Position numbers and translations under genes: made by a program. From the NCBI RefSeq assembly GCF_037042905.1, contig NC_087249.1, positions 10,108,001 through 10,172,000 of the forward strand: 64,000 bases of DNA, written 5' to 3'. Position 1 is the stretch's first letter. The number at the start of each line of letters is the position of its first letter. Below the pieces are notes generated by a model. The model saw only the letters and a list, made by a program, of their open reading frames with translations. It was not told the origin of the DNA and made no database searches. Shown here in pieces: positions 49,587 to 63,085 of this stretch. The DNA is from Lytechinus pictus (taxonomy: Eukaryota).

Positions 49587-52437
49587 CTCTGAATCTATGT
49601 TTAGATCAAATATATCATAATCACCGTTATCATCATAATCATATTTGCCATCAATCATTATCAGCATCATCCTCCTCATCATCGTATATTTTTTCGTCAA
49701 TCAATATCTATCTAATGTCTGTCTATCTATCTAATACCTATTTATCTGTTATATATATATATATCTATCTATTAATATATATCTATCTTCTATTAATCTA
49801 TCCACCTATCATTTATCCCTCCATCCATCCATCTATTTATCTATCTTTCTTATATGTATCTGTTTAAATATGTATGTCTATCTGTCTGTCTATTTATCTT
49901 TCATACTTATATCCACTCATTTGTTTAAATAATTATGTCTGTTTATCTATTTATCTACGACAGGCCACCTAATTCGTCCGCACGACGAATTAAAATCTAG
50001 TTTCACTTGTTACATTTTAAATCTGAGAGAAAACATATCCTTTCACTTTTGTTGGATAACACATACGACGGCTGCCGTATTAGACCGTACGTAAAGTTCA
50101 TTCCTCACGTAAAATCCATTCCTCTCGCTACGAAAAAAAATTCACTCTTGTTGCAAAATTCATTTCACTCAATTGCAAAAAATACGTTCCTCTTTTTTCT
50201 CGGCCTGTAGGCGGCGCGCTTCATTGTTGGCAGGACGAGGTAACAGAGATGGTTGCAAAATTGTCGCTGTGCTGAGGGGAGAAATCATGAAAGCGGTTGC
50301 AACTCACAAAATGACAAGGATATGGGGATATCAGCGAACGCAATTACGTCACTTTCCCACGTGCACGAGAATGCACCACGAGGTGGGCCCATGAACACAA
50401 AACGTAAAGTTTGATTTTATCGCTGATTATGCACAATAGCCAGTGCAATCAGCCGTTGCATTCTGCCCTACGATCAATCACTAACCTTAGCACGGTCTGG
50501 CTATACGTTTTGTAGGCATGGGGCATGAATACTTTATACATACACTATCTACAGAGCTGAATGGTCAAGGTAAGTGTTGACATTTCCCTTTTCTCCATTC
50601 CGTCTGTCTTTTACTTCATTGACATACGATGATCGTAATGATTGATTAAATGAAGCTTACAAAGAGCTACAATTCACTGGTCAACTCGCTTGTACCTGCA
50701 CTGCAAAACCAAATTCTCTCCAGTTTGTCCGAGACATGAATGGGGGGTTTTCCAATGCTACTCTCAGAACGGGCAGTACTTCACCGTCTTTTGAACAGAC
50801 ATGAAAAGTGAGTATACGGGACTGAAGATAAGTGATGACGTCATCGCTCAACCCTAAAAATTTGGTGTTAGCCGAGAATGTCCACCGAAAGCGATGACGT
50901 CTTCACCCATTCAGTCAGAGCGCCACGCGTATGCTAATGAGCACGATCGCTGAAATTTATTCAGAATTCAGTCATGTATGCTTTACCGCCTATGTCTGGT
51001 TTGAAGAAGCACTGCCCGTGACAAAATGGTGAGAATTTGGTTTTGCAACGGAAGTACAAGCGAGTTGACCAGTGAAATGTAGCCTTTTGTAAGCTTCATT
51101 TCATCAATCATCGCGATTATCGTATGTCAATGAAGTAAAAGACAGACGGAATGGAGAAAAGGGAAATTTCAACACCTTGTCCATTTAGCTCCGGAGATAG
51201 TGTAGTGCCATGCGTGGAGCTATTCATGCTTCATGTCATGCCTACAAAACGTTAGTGATTGATCGTATAGGGCAGAATGCAACAGCTGATTGCACTGGCT
51301 ATTGTGCATAATCAGCAATAAAATCAAACTTTATGTTTTGTGTTCATGGGCCCACCTCGTGGTGTATTCTCGGGCACACGTGGGAAAGTGTCGTAATTGG
51401 GTTCGCTGGTATCCCCATATCCTTGTCATTTTGTGTGTTGCAACCGGATTCATGATTTCTCCCCTCAGCACAGCGAAAATTTTGCAACCATCTCTGTTAC
51501 CTCGTCCTGCCAACAATGATGTGCGCCGCCTACAGGCCGAAAAAAAAAGAGGAACGTATTTTTTTGCAATTGAGTGAAATGAATTTTGCAACAAGAGTGA
51601 AATGTTTTACGTAGCGAGAGGAATGGATTTTTACGTGAGGAATGAATTTAACGTACAGTCTAATACGGCAGCCGCCGTCGTATGTGTTATCCAACAAAAG
51701 TGAAAGGATTTGTTTTCTCTCAGATTTAAAATGTAACAAGTGAAAAAGAAACTAGATTTTAATTCGTCGTGCGGACGAACTAGGTGGCCTGTCGTAGATA
51801 AATAGATAAACAGACATAATTATTTAAACAAATGAGTGGATATAAGTATGAAAGATAAATAGACAGACAGATAGACATACATATTTAAACAGATACATAT
51901 AAGAAAGATAGATAAATAGATAGATAGATCGATGGATGGAGAGATAAATGATAGGTGGATTGATCAATAGAAGATAGATATATATTAATAAAAGGGATTA
52001 ATATATAGATAGATATAAACAGATAAATAGGTATTAGATAGATAGACAGATAGACATTAGATAGATATTGATTGATGATAAAAAATACGATGAGGAGGAT
52101 GATGCTGATGATTGATGGCAAATATGATGATGATGATAACGGTGATTATGATATTATATTTGATATACACATAGATTCAGAGACAGATAGATACATAGAT
52201 ACATACGCAGATAGATAAACAGATTGATAGATATATAGATAGAGAGAAAATAGATTGATATATTTATTGATAGATAGACAGATAGAATAACATATTTAAC
52301 AGATTTAATAGATAGATATTAAATAGATAAACAGACAAATAAACAGACATGATCATTTGCACAGATCAATAGATATTAGATTGAAAGATAAAAGGTAGAC
52401 ATACAGATAGACATACATATTTTGAACAGATAGACTT

Positions 52438-52486
<49 letters not shown>

Positions 52487-52904
52487 GGATGGATAGATAG
52501 ATAGATAAAGATAAATAGGCAGATAGATAAAAATTAAGACAGATATACAGACATTTAAACAGCCGGATAAATCATTAGATAGATAGATAGATTGAATGAT
52601 AAATAAACAGATATAGACATATTAAAATAAATAAATAGATATTAGATAGACAGACATATATAAACAGATAATTGTTAGATAGAAAAATAAATAGTTCGAG
52701 AGATAGATAGATAAATAGACAGACAGATAGATGGATAGATAGATAGATTTAAACAGATAGATATATATTAGGCAGAGAGATAGATAGATATATCATGTAG
52801 GTAGATAGATAGATAGATGAATTTTACGTACGGTCTAATACGGCAGCCGCATGTGATATCCAACAAAAGTGAAAGGATTTGTTTTCTTTCAAAATTAAAA
52901 TGTC

Positions 52905-53280
52905 ACAAGTGAAATTATTCTTTTCAAAAGTGAAATATATTTTTTTTGAAAAGTGAAATATATTTTTTTGAAAAGTGAAATATATATTTTTTTGCAAAGT
53001 GAAATATATTTTTTTGAAAAGTGAAATATATTTTTTTGAAAAGTGAAATATATTTTTTTGAAAAGTGAAATATATTTTTTTTTGAAAAGTGAAATATATT
53101 TTTTTGAAAAGTGAAATATATATTTTTTTGCAAAGTGAAATATATTTTTTTGAAAAGTGAAATATATTTTTTTGAAAAGTGAAATATATTTTTTTTGAAA
53201 AGTGAAATATATTTTTTTGAAAAGTGAAATATATTTTTTTTATAAAAGTGAAATATATTTTTTTGAAAAGTGAAATATAA
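52905..53280 (-). repeat. Inverted counterpart of the minisatellite, (TTTTTTGAAAAGTGAAATATAT)n
   Basis: Reverse complement of the 46645-47025 array. Confidence 0.9.
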
Positions 53281-54300
53281 ATTTCTTTGAGTGAAATGGT
53301 TTAGTAGAAGAGAAACATATTTTTTTCAAGTGAAATATATATATAATTGTTTCCCTATGGGCGTGCCATATACATGTAGCGGGATCTCATTTTTACTTTG
53401 ACAGTCATTCTGCAAGGATCAATATTACTGACACTCTTCATGTCAAAGAAACTAGATCCACCGTCTATTGCTAATAATAGTGGACACTTTAAATTCACAG
53501 ACACATTTTAATCAGCTGTATAGTACAGTCAAAATGCAGATTAAAATGACACAGGGAGTATCAAGAAATGGAAGCTCAATGTGTCTATAGCCCATCTGAA
53601 CTGTACATTTTAATTGTGTTTGCCTTACTTATACTTATAGCTGGTTCTTTAATTGATGTTGAGGGTTTTACATCTTTTGATTTACACAGCCCAAGCCAGA
53701 TCTCGTACAGTTTAGTGAATACATTACCAATATACTGACCAATAAGTATAAGAGAGGAGGAAACCTATTCAGAAATGTTGAATTTAAACATAAACTGGTG
53801 TCTGAAATCCTACTCATATTATTACAGAAACAGAAACATGAATTGTACACACATTATTGAATTTTTAGTGACATTTATGTTGTTGACCATACATGGACAA
53901 AATGTAACGTGAGTAACCATTTTATCTGCACCCCTAGTAAAAACCTTGTGTTCTTTATTTTCTTAATTATATACAGTTTGTTTCCCTAATATACTTCTTT
54001 GAAATGGATATAATCAACTTTCATAAAAGCCTTGTATGAGGACACTTTTCACTTATGTCGACTTTTCATTTTATGCATGTCCAAATCATGTAACGTGAGT
54101 AACCGACACATTTCAAGGATTTGCCAGGAGCATAATAAAATTTCACGAGTTTGTTTTTAATAATTTATACAAAGGATAGTCAGACTGTGTACTTTGTTGT
54201 GATAAGGAGATGTTTAGTTCCTATCAATAATAATGGAGTTACAGCTCCAAGTATGAGTCAAGGTGTCTCCAAATGTAACGTGAGTAACCATGGAATAGCC

Positions 54301-56036
54301 CAAGGGCAGATCCAGCCTTCGCCAATAGGGGGGGCCCGGATTTTTTTTCAGCCATATTTTCCCCGATCGGCCGCTCGAAGATGATTTTTGGTTTCTTTAA
54401 AGCTAAATGAACGTGGTTGCAGTAAAACACTGATTTCGTGTGAAAGTCTGTAAAACCAAGGTAAAGTATTGATATATCATCGTGGATCTAGATCTAGTAC
54501 AGTTACATAAACCGAACTTTGTGAAATCATAAATATCTAGCTAAAAAACGATCACACTGAAGATCGCCAACACAGATAGGCAAATTTAGACCTACTGAAC
54601 AAGACACTCTATTCATGTTTTGTAAATCATGAAAAGAATGAGTAATTGGGGATCTTCCTTACATTAATAATGCAAGCACAAAGCGCGAGCAGAAAATTTC
54701 TATGTACGTTTTGAACTGATCGAAAAGGTACTGCTTGCACTTAGCCATGAATATGTTACATATTTCAACAATCAAATAATGCAAGCGCAAAGCACGAGCA
54801 GGATAGCTATATAACTAAACAATCCATGCGAGTGCGAATCGCGAGCTGAAATTTTTTTGAGATTTAGACCTAAAAACGGGACACTCTATTCATGATTTGT
54901 AAATCATGAAAAGAATGAGTAATAAGAGATCTTCCTACCTTAATAATGCGAGCACAAAGCACAAGCAGAAAATTTTTGATATTGTGATCTGAAACTGGAT
55001 GATTTAAATAGAGAACAAGTTGAGTATCTGAATAAACATGCGCGCGCATGTTTCATACTTAATATAGGCATTCTAAATACATCTTTTATCATGAAAATCA
55101 AAGCGAGCGCAAAGCGCGAGCTTAAACTGTTTGATATTTGGATCAGAAAAGAGTCAATTTCTGCTCTATATTTCAAGCACTTTGTAGGAAAATTGTGAGG
55201 TGGATATGGATCGCACTTTTATTAAAAAGCTGATATTTTTCATTATTATTACTTTGAGTTTTGTCATAGGACCAGGACATCCTTAGGACACGTCATCATA
55301 TAAAAATGATGACTATCTTCCTATTGCTCTTGCTAAGTGCGAGATGAAACAAAAGGGACAATTCAATTTTTAAATCAATATCTTATTCATTAATGCCTAA
55401 TGAGGGCGTGAAATCTGATGATATTATGGCCTGAAAACTGGACATTTCAAGGATACGTTACATATTTCAACAATCAAATAATGCGAGCGCGAGCTGAAAA
55501 TGTTTGACATTTCTACATAGAGAATGGACAATTGTAATCAATTTTTGTAATCGTGAACAGGATAGCTATATAACTAAACAATACAAGCGCAAAGCGCGAG
55601 CGGAAAAAATTCGAGATTTCTACCTAAAAGCCAATCAAAATGCGAGCATGCAGCGCAAGCAGAATATGTTAATATTCAGACCATAAAACAGACATTTTTA
55701 CAGAACACTTAAAAAAAATCAATTTGTTAATCACAAAAAATAATTAAAGTTCGATTTCCGATATGTTTTGTATATCGACTTCCAAACTTGAACTCTCCAT
55801 ATTGAACAAGATATGAAGTCCACCAAACAGGCAATGCGAGCGCGTAGCGCGAGCAAATATTTTATATAGTGACATGAAAGATTCTTTTTATTTTCCAAGT
55901 CTTCCCCTCATCTTATTTTATTCACTCGTCTTCCTCTTCTCCTTTCTCCTCTCTTTTCCCTCCTTTTTTTTTTCTTTCTTTCCTTTTTTTGCTCCGCCAA
56001 TAGGGGGGCCCGGACCCCTCCCTGGATCCGCCTATG
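54301..56036. mobile_element. hAT-like non-autonomous element with many GCGAGCGCGAAGCGCGAGC motifs
   Basis: Ends CAAGGGCAGATCCAG / CTGGATCCGCCTATG; extensive similarity to 47763-49350; no TSD seen. Confidence 0.7.
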
Positions 56037-57088
56037 CAAATGCGCACTGTGTTTGTGGAACTGTGACTACAGAGTGACGAACGATTCCTATTCAATTTTT
56101 TTTTTCTACAGAGGCTGCAGTAAATTTCTAAATGCAGAGAAAACACACAACTGTTTGACATTTTGGAGTTATATTCATAATCATCGTTGTACGGAAGAAA
56201 TAGGTAGTCCTGTAGTGCTTCTGATCATTCCTTAGAGGTTTCTTAAACTGGTCTTTAAAACAACTAAACGTGTGTGGAGGGCGGATATTTATGGGAGAAT
56301 TTGGTGCATGGAGGACCAGTGTTTGTCCAGTGTAGTTTTGAAAATGTTTTTTAATTCGCTTTAATTTTATTTCATTCTATAATAATATGAACATATTTTA
56401 GAAATTGAGGCACAGGAAACACTTATTTTTGCATGATAAATCGAGTGCATAGCTTTATTTAGGACCCCTTCGAAAGCAGGCGGCAAGAGGTGTTCCGAAA
56501 ACACGGCTGGATTTTTGTATGAGTGAGTTTTGTGATGTTTTCTTCTTGGTTAATGATCTTTAAAATGTTTGCCACAAATAAGTGAAAGATGATTTGTTCA
56601 AATATTAAAATTGGCTTAGTTTTTATCGATTGTAAACAAAGTGCGTAGCTTAAGTGCCCCCAATCATAATGGGAGAGTTGTTCACAAGTGACATCACACA
56701 TCTTTGTCGCATTGCCAATGAGAGGATCTCCATAAAACCATAGGCAGCATTAATCGCAATTATTGCGATCAACGAAAGTTTGAGAAATATTGGACAAATA
56801 ATGAGGAAGTTATGAGCGTTTGTATTAAATAATGAGGAAGTTATGAGTGTTTGTATATTATTATACAAATGCTCATAACTTCCTCATTATTTGTCCAATT
56901 TTTCTCAAACTTTTGTTGATCTTTTTCTTTGATTTTTCTGTTTTCACACAAGCTATCCTGTTCCAAAGGTTTCATTCTAAAATTTAAAAAAGTAGACCCT
57001 AATATTGGGAGAAAGGAATAGAAAGGACATGAACAGAGTGTGACACTCACTAGACAGGAATAACCATTGTTTCTGGGGATTTATTTAA

Positions 57089-57673
57089 AGGAGAATGAAA
57101 CCTTTGGAACAGGATAGCTTGTGTGAAAACAGAAAAATCAAAGTAACAAATCAACGAAAGTTTGAGAAAAATCGGACAAATAATGAGAAAGTTATGAGCA
57201 TTTGAATATAGCGATCACTAATGCTATGGAGATCCTCACATTGGCAATGTGACAAAAATGTGTGATGTCACTCATGAACAACTCTCCCCATTACCTTAGT
57301 ATATATTTCACTTAAACTGCCTCTTTTATCACATCTATCAATGGATCATGTGTTCTTTCTACAGGAGGGCATGTAATACAGATTTTTAAAGAATACATCA
57401 TGGATAAAGAGTTTGTATCACCATTAGAAAAAGCAAAAAGATACATTTTGGGGGTATTTTATAGTCCATCATAGGGAAAGTTGTTCACATGTGACATCAC
57501 ACATCCTTGTCGCATTGCCAATAGGAGGATCTCCATAGCATTAGTGATTGCAATATTCAAATGCTCATAACTTTCTCATTATTTGTCCGATTTTTCTCAA
57601 ACTTTCTTTGTTCTTATTCTTTGATTTTTCTGTTTCGACACAAGCCTACTTGTTCCAAAGGTTTCATTCCCCT
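57089..57673. mobile_element. TTAA-flanked Kolobok-like MITE
   Basis: TTAA at 57085-57088 and 57674-57677; TIR AGG(A/G)GAATGAAACCTTTGGAAC; empty site in the paralogous segment at ~44880. Confidence 0.85.
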
Positions 57674-58360
57674 TTAACAATTTCTGACATTTTACTATTA
57701 TAATCCCCATTATGTATTGGTGAGTGGAGCCAACGCAGTTCAGCGGAACAACCAAAATACAGAGACTGAAGTAGGGAGTTTGGTGACTTTTTGAAATCTT
57801 GAAGAATCCCAACAAATGTGATACTGATATCATTGGAAAGCTTGTGAAATGAGAAAAATAATGGTGCTTCATTCAACTCATTGTCTGATATATTGACGGA
57901 GATATTCCAATTTACAGTGGAAAATATGCAGATTTTGTTCTGTCAAAAAAAAATATTAAATTGAAGGCTTGTTTGAGAGGGGGAGACAGTTGCTTTTTGA
58001 AATCTTGAAGGAATCCTAACAAATTTGGTACCATTGGAAAGCTTGTGAAATAAGAAAAAGAATGGTGCATAAATCAACTCAGGATGTCAAATATTGACAG
58101 AGATATTTCTGTTTAAACGGGAGAATGTGCAGATTTTTTTACAGCAAAAAGTAGATTTTCATAACTTACACAAGATGCAATGAATGGGACTGTGTAATAC
58201 TTTTTTTTGAAGTGCAATGCACTGCTATGCGGGGCAAGGCATGCCCTTGAATTATACATCATTTTATTCATAAAACTTCAAAGTTCCTCATGGTATAGGT
58301 TTCTATAGTATAGGGTTCTTCCTCCTCCTATAATGACTTCATATTTGTTTTATATTACAG

Positions 58361-59387
58361 GGGCCCGTTTCTCAACACCGTCATAAGTCTAACTTCTTGA
58401 CTAAATCGGAGATAGTGAGCTACTTGTCCGCTAACCGTTTCACGAAGCCCTCTTTACCAAGATCGGGTACAACAACCTCACTAAATATTTATGACACCTC
58501 CGAACCTGTCATAACTTCTTTCTTAGTGACGTAGTGGCATCACGTGGGTAGACTATGACATGCGAAAGTGCCTAGAAATTTTAAAATTATAATCTTACGT
58601 AATCAATCATAGAGGTTGAAATTACATCACAAAACAAGTGGGTTAATGCATTCAATGATAATTGTAACACAAAGAAACTATAAAAACTGTTGGTAAACGC
58701 CACAAAACCATTCATTTTGAAATAGTAAAATGATTTAATCGATCAAGATTCTACCACGTCAGGCCATCCATAACTGAACTCGTATTTGTTGTTTTCAGAC
58801 CCCTATTAACAGTTGGATAAATTCTATCTCTAATTTATGCATATAATTTGTCCAATATCATATCTTTCGGTATCAATGATTAAAAATGTTTCGTTAAACT
58901 ATATTTTGATGACGTTTGGAATCGTAAAAGTCCGTATAATTATCATCATTTTACAAAGAAAACTTTTATGGTTTACTTTTGTAAACTATTAAAATTGGGT
59001 CTCCCGGGGGTACCCATCTCAACGTCCGCAAGTGATTCTTTAGTCATGAAATGAATTATTCATAATTTAATTTTCTCTGCAATTGAATGCTCCAGTCTTC
59101 ATGGTCTAAGTATGTATGATGCATAATTCACCTGTGCTATTATTTTGAAAAGATTTATTTCCCAATTCATCATAATATTTGCAATTTTGTCATAATTTTT
59201 CTAATTGAAAATTATGCTATTTTGTGACTAAGGCTACGTCTCGTCTGCTCTTTTTACCGATAGTATCGATATCAAGGTATTCTAGTTAAGAAGCCTTTCG
59301 AGAAACAGGTTTAGTAAGATTGGAACTAACTCCGTGGTTGGTGGATAAAGATATGACTAACTTGTCCATGTGTTGAGAAACGGGCCC
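58361..59387. mobile_element. Harbinger-like non-autonomous element at a CWG target
   Basis: cag|GGGCCCGTTTCTCAACA ... TGTTGAGAAACGGGCCC|ctg. Confidence 0.75.
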
Positions 59388-60187
59388 CTGGCCTATAACT
59401 TTTTTTACATGGCCATGGCATGGGTGCACAGCCACAGACAGATACAAATTCTGAAAGTGGCATTTTCACCGAACTCCCTAACTGAAGCTTTTGGTCTAGA
59501 CACTCACTTGCTCAACAGCTGCAGCTAGATCTCAGTTCACATGAATGATTGAAGCAAAGCCAACTTCAATTTAAAGGTGGCTCTCCCCAAATGGCAAGAA
59601 ATGACGACTCGGTCAGCTAGTGTGCGCCTGGCTGGGCGGCAGCACTCATCCTACGAACGAGGTCGGTAGTTGTCAGATTCCGTTTATCAATTTCAGCATT
59701 GACTTGCATGCTCAGCGCATCAGACTTTTGCTATCAAAAACGCAGTTCTAACGTTAATTGAGTTTAACAATAAAATGATTCTGGCACCATGATTCTTAAC
59801 ATTCATTCAAAGGCAAGATTATTATGGTGGCATATTGCAGAAACTACAGATCCCACTTCAAGACAGTTCAACCTCAACCGCATCACTCCATACATTAGCA
59901 TCTTCTCGAGATCGTCGTTTCGATATCGGGTATATCCATAGAGATGTATACATCTATGGGTATATCCCGTTGATCGTTTAATGAACCTGTACGTACCTAC
60001 ACAACTAACTCGTCTCGCGCGAGGATATTTATCAGCTCTAAAACAGTAAAAATTCGGAACATACTCTTCATCCTCTCGGTACCAATGAAATGTTGCCTCA
60101 AAGGAGGGGAGGCGGGAGGGGGAGGCAGGGTTCTGCCACGTGAATGCAAGGGCACCCCCACACACACAAATATATATATATATATAT

Positions 60188-60258
60188 CAGGGGCGTCGAT
60201 CCATTTTTCAGATTGGGGGGGCGAAATCATTAACGTTCCAAAGGCGCTCGATCGTACA

Positions 60259-60289
<31 letters not shown>

Positions 60290-61839
60290 TACATATATAT
60301 ATATTTTTTTTTTTTCAATATGTTTTTATTAAGGATTTCATTCAAATGAATTACATAAACGGCAGATAAATACAAAACAAAATACAAATCTTCATTTCAT
60401 ATCAACAAGGATATGCAAAAAAGTACATATATATTTACCAAGAACTGAAGCAAATAAGGACGGAATGAAACTCCTTAAAATTATACTTTTATATCTGAAA
60501 AAAAAATAACTCAACTGAGTCCCCAACCCTCTATGTATTTCAATAATAATTAATGTTAAATGGCTATATAAATGATTTGCAGAGAACAGAAATCAACCTA
60601 AATGTATTATCATTGCATCCCATTTTAAATCAAGCTTCAACATAACTTTACATAATTATACACACATACACACACCCACCTTAACACCTATACACACATG
60701 CACATACCACGCATACGTAAACAAACATAATATATACAAATCTGCATAATGAACGTTTAACATTTTGGCGCAATAGGATACAGAAAGAAAAAAAAACCTG
60801 CAAATCATATTGATACAAGAGAAGGGGAAATTGAAAAGAACTAGTAAAAAGAAAAAAAAAACATCAACATACACACCAGGATTCACACTCGCACCACACT
60901 AGACACATCCCACCTGTTCACATTCAAATCCCTTTTCACCTTCAGTTCATCCCATTTCTGCAAATGTAAACTTAACTTGCCTGACTTCGTTGCCAGGCGT
61001 CTTTCTTCTTCTATACAACCCGTTATATATTTGTGTATTTTAATAAATGACGGTACCCGGCCTTCAGCTCTGGAATTAAAAATTGCATATTTAATAAAAA
61101 GAATAACAGAATTGACACATTTAATTCTACAAGAATTTCCAGGTAACCCTAAGAATATTTCCCTCCAATTCAAAGTTCTTAATTCAGCTAAACAAAAATG
61201 ATCAATACAAAATTGCCAAAGAGGTTTAACTTTTATGCAATCCATGAGTATATGAAAGTACGATTCAGTTTTTGTACAACCAAACGAACAATAATTATCT
61301 CCCACGAAACCAAATCTCATCAAATGCTCTTTTGTATATATTGCTCCATGTAAAAGCATAAACTGAAATTCCCTTTGTTTTCTTATAAGAGTTGTACTCC
61401 TGATATATTCAAATAATTTACAAATTTCTACATCAGTAAAATCAAAATCACTGTGACCATCCTTAAGTGTTAACTTGTATAGCTCTTGTAGCTTAGTAAT
61501 AAACAAGTTATAAATTGTTTTTGATTTAATTACTTCAAAAGCTGTTTCCTGTTTTCCAATATTCATACTTATCCCAAAGTCTACCAAATCAATTTTTTTA
61601 AACTTTATTAAACTATTAAAATTTTTCCAGCTTGCTGGTATAACGTGCACAATATCTATTATTTGGAGAAGTTGATTTGCGGTAATACCGAGATTTTGAA
61701 AAAAAGTCACAGGCTTCAAGTGGCCATTATCAAAGATTTGATCAACGCTAAATATTCCTTTATTAAAAAGATCATTGTCAAAAATTGTCAAAAATCATTG
61801 TCAAAAATTGTATATATAATATATATATATATTATATAT

Positions 61840-61894
<55 letters not shown>

Positions 61895-62505
61895 ACTCAT
61901 GAGACACAGACACGTATCTCACTACACAGATAGTACGAGTGCCGAGAGTGAGCTCAAATTTCTTTATATTCTGAGCTGAAAACTTGATATTCTAAGCATT
62001 TTTGGTACCAATGATTAAGATTTGTATCTAAAAGAGAATAGATGCGAGCGCGAAGCGCGAGCTGAAAATTTTGATATTTCGATCTGAAAAAATGACAGTT
62101 TACTGGACGTTTTTGATAAAGAACAAGCTATATATCCAAGAAAAGATGATTGCAAATTGAAGCAGTTCTTTTGAGGCTTAGAACTGAAAATGGGACATTT
62201 ACATTCACCAATTTAATCATGAAAAGTATGGGTTTTTGCTACAGAAATGATGCGAGCGCGAAGCGCGAGCTGAAAATTTTTATATTCCAATCTGAAAAGC
62301 GGACATTTTGAGCACGATTTTAAATAAAGAACGAGTTGTGTATCTCAATCTCGCTTGCTGAACATTACAATCTTGTTTTTTTTTAATGCATATCCGGAAT
62401 TATTGGGGGGGGGGCAAAATGATATGTTTGCCCCCCCAATATTTGTATTGGTGGGGCGATCGCCCCCCCTGCCCCCCCCCCCCCCCCCCAGGATCGACGC
62501 CTCTG
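60188..62505. mobile_element. hAT-like non-autonomous element interrupted by a LINE
   Basis: TIR CAGGGGCGTCGATCC / GGATCGACGCCTCTG; internal GCGAGCGCGAAGCGCGAGC motifs; TSD not evident. Confidence 0.7.
60304..61810 (-). mobile_element. 5'-truncated L1/Tx1-clade LINE (ORF2 C-terminal zinc-finger region, 3'UTR, poly-A)
   Basis: Open 302-codon frame 60883..61791 with REFQFMLLHGAIYT...YCSFGCTKTESYFHILMDC (zf-RVT-like CCHC); poly-T at 60304-60316 on the plus strand; flanked by (CA)n(TA)n. Confidence 0.8.
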
Positions 62506-62660
62506 ATAATGAGAATATGGGATGAGGCGAGGCCCGGGGCGAGGCCCGGGCGAGGCCAACTCAACAGATGACGCAGGACACCATTATTAGTTGGCCTCGC
62601 CTCATCTCATGTTTAATATTCACAACTCAACAGCGATTGGTAGAAGTAAACTTATCATCA

Positions 62661-62703
<43 letters not shown>

Positions 62704-62887
62704 GTATATACAGTATATATATATAAATATATATAAATGTGTAAAGTTATACATTTACAACCTCTTTGGCAACTCTTTTATTTGAATATTGTAAAGAAAT
62801 GGATGAAGAGAACAATGGTAAGCGTAGCTTAAATCAAGGTTCCCCAGAGCTATCTAACCTTTGGAAAAATTGGTGATGCCGAAAAAA

Positions 62888-62959
62888 TGTCCCTGCCGGG
62901 AATCGAACCCGGGCCCCTAGCTTTGAACGCCGGTGCCTTAACCACAAGACCACAGAGAC
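62888..62959 (-). tRNA. Second, inverted copy of the UCA-anticodon tRNA-like gene (two substitutions)
   Basis: Reverse complement of 63086-63157 except A14->T in the D loop and one C:A mismatch in the anticodon stem; followed by T6. Confidence 0.55.
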
Positions 62960-63085
62960 GGGTTAGTGGCTAGGGCGACCCCGATCCGATTGACCGTCAG
63001 ATAGACAGATTTTTGACACTATACCAATTATAATTTCCTTTGTCGTGTGAAGGTGGCTTTCGAACAATGACAAGCCGCCATGCTT

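Larger units (their letters stand above)
46555..53370. mobile_element. 6.8 kb non-autonomous foldback DNA transposon, IS3EU-like (TAY...RTA ends, 6 bp TSD)
   Basis: Termini TATGGCACGCTCATAGGGAAACAATT / AATTGTTTCCCTATGGGCGTGCCATA; TSD TACATG at 46549-46554 and 53371-53376. Arms of ~2.3 kb pair almost to the centre (~50900). No transposase ORF. Confidence 0.8.
45067..54301. mobile_element. DNA transposon with GGGC(A/T)ATTCCAT termini and repeated TGTAACGTGAGTAACC motifs, split by the foldback
   Basis: GGGCAATTCCAT at 45067 and ATGGAATAGCCC ending at 54301. The motif recurs on both sides of the foldback (~45427, 45591, 53903, 54089, 54274). Same termini as 6701-7094. Confidence 0.6.
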
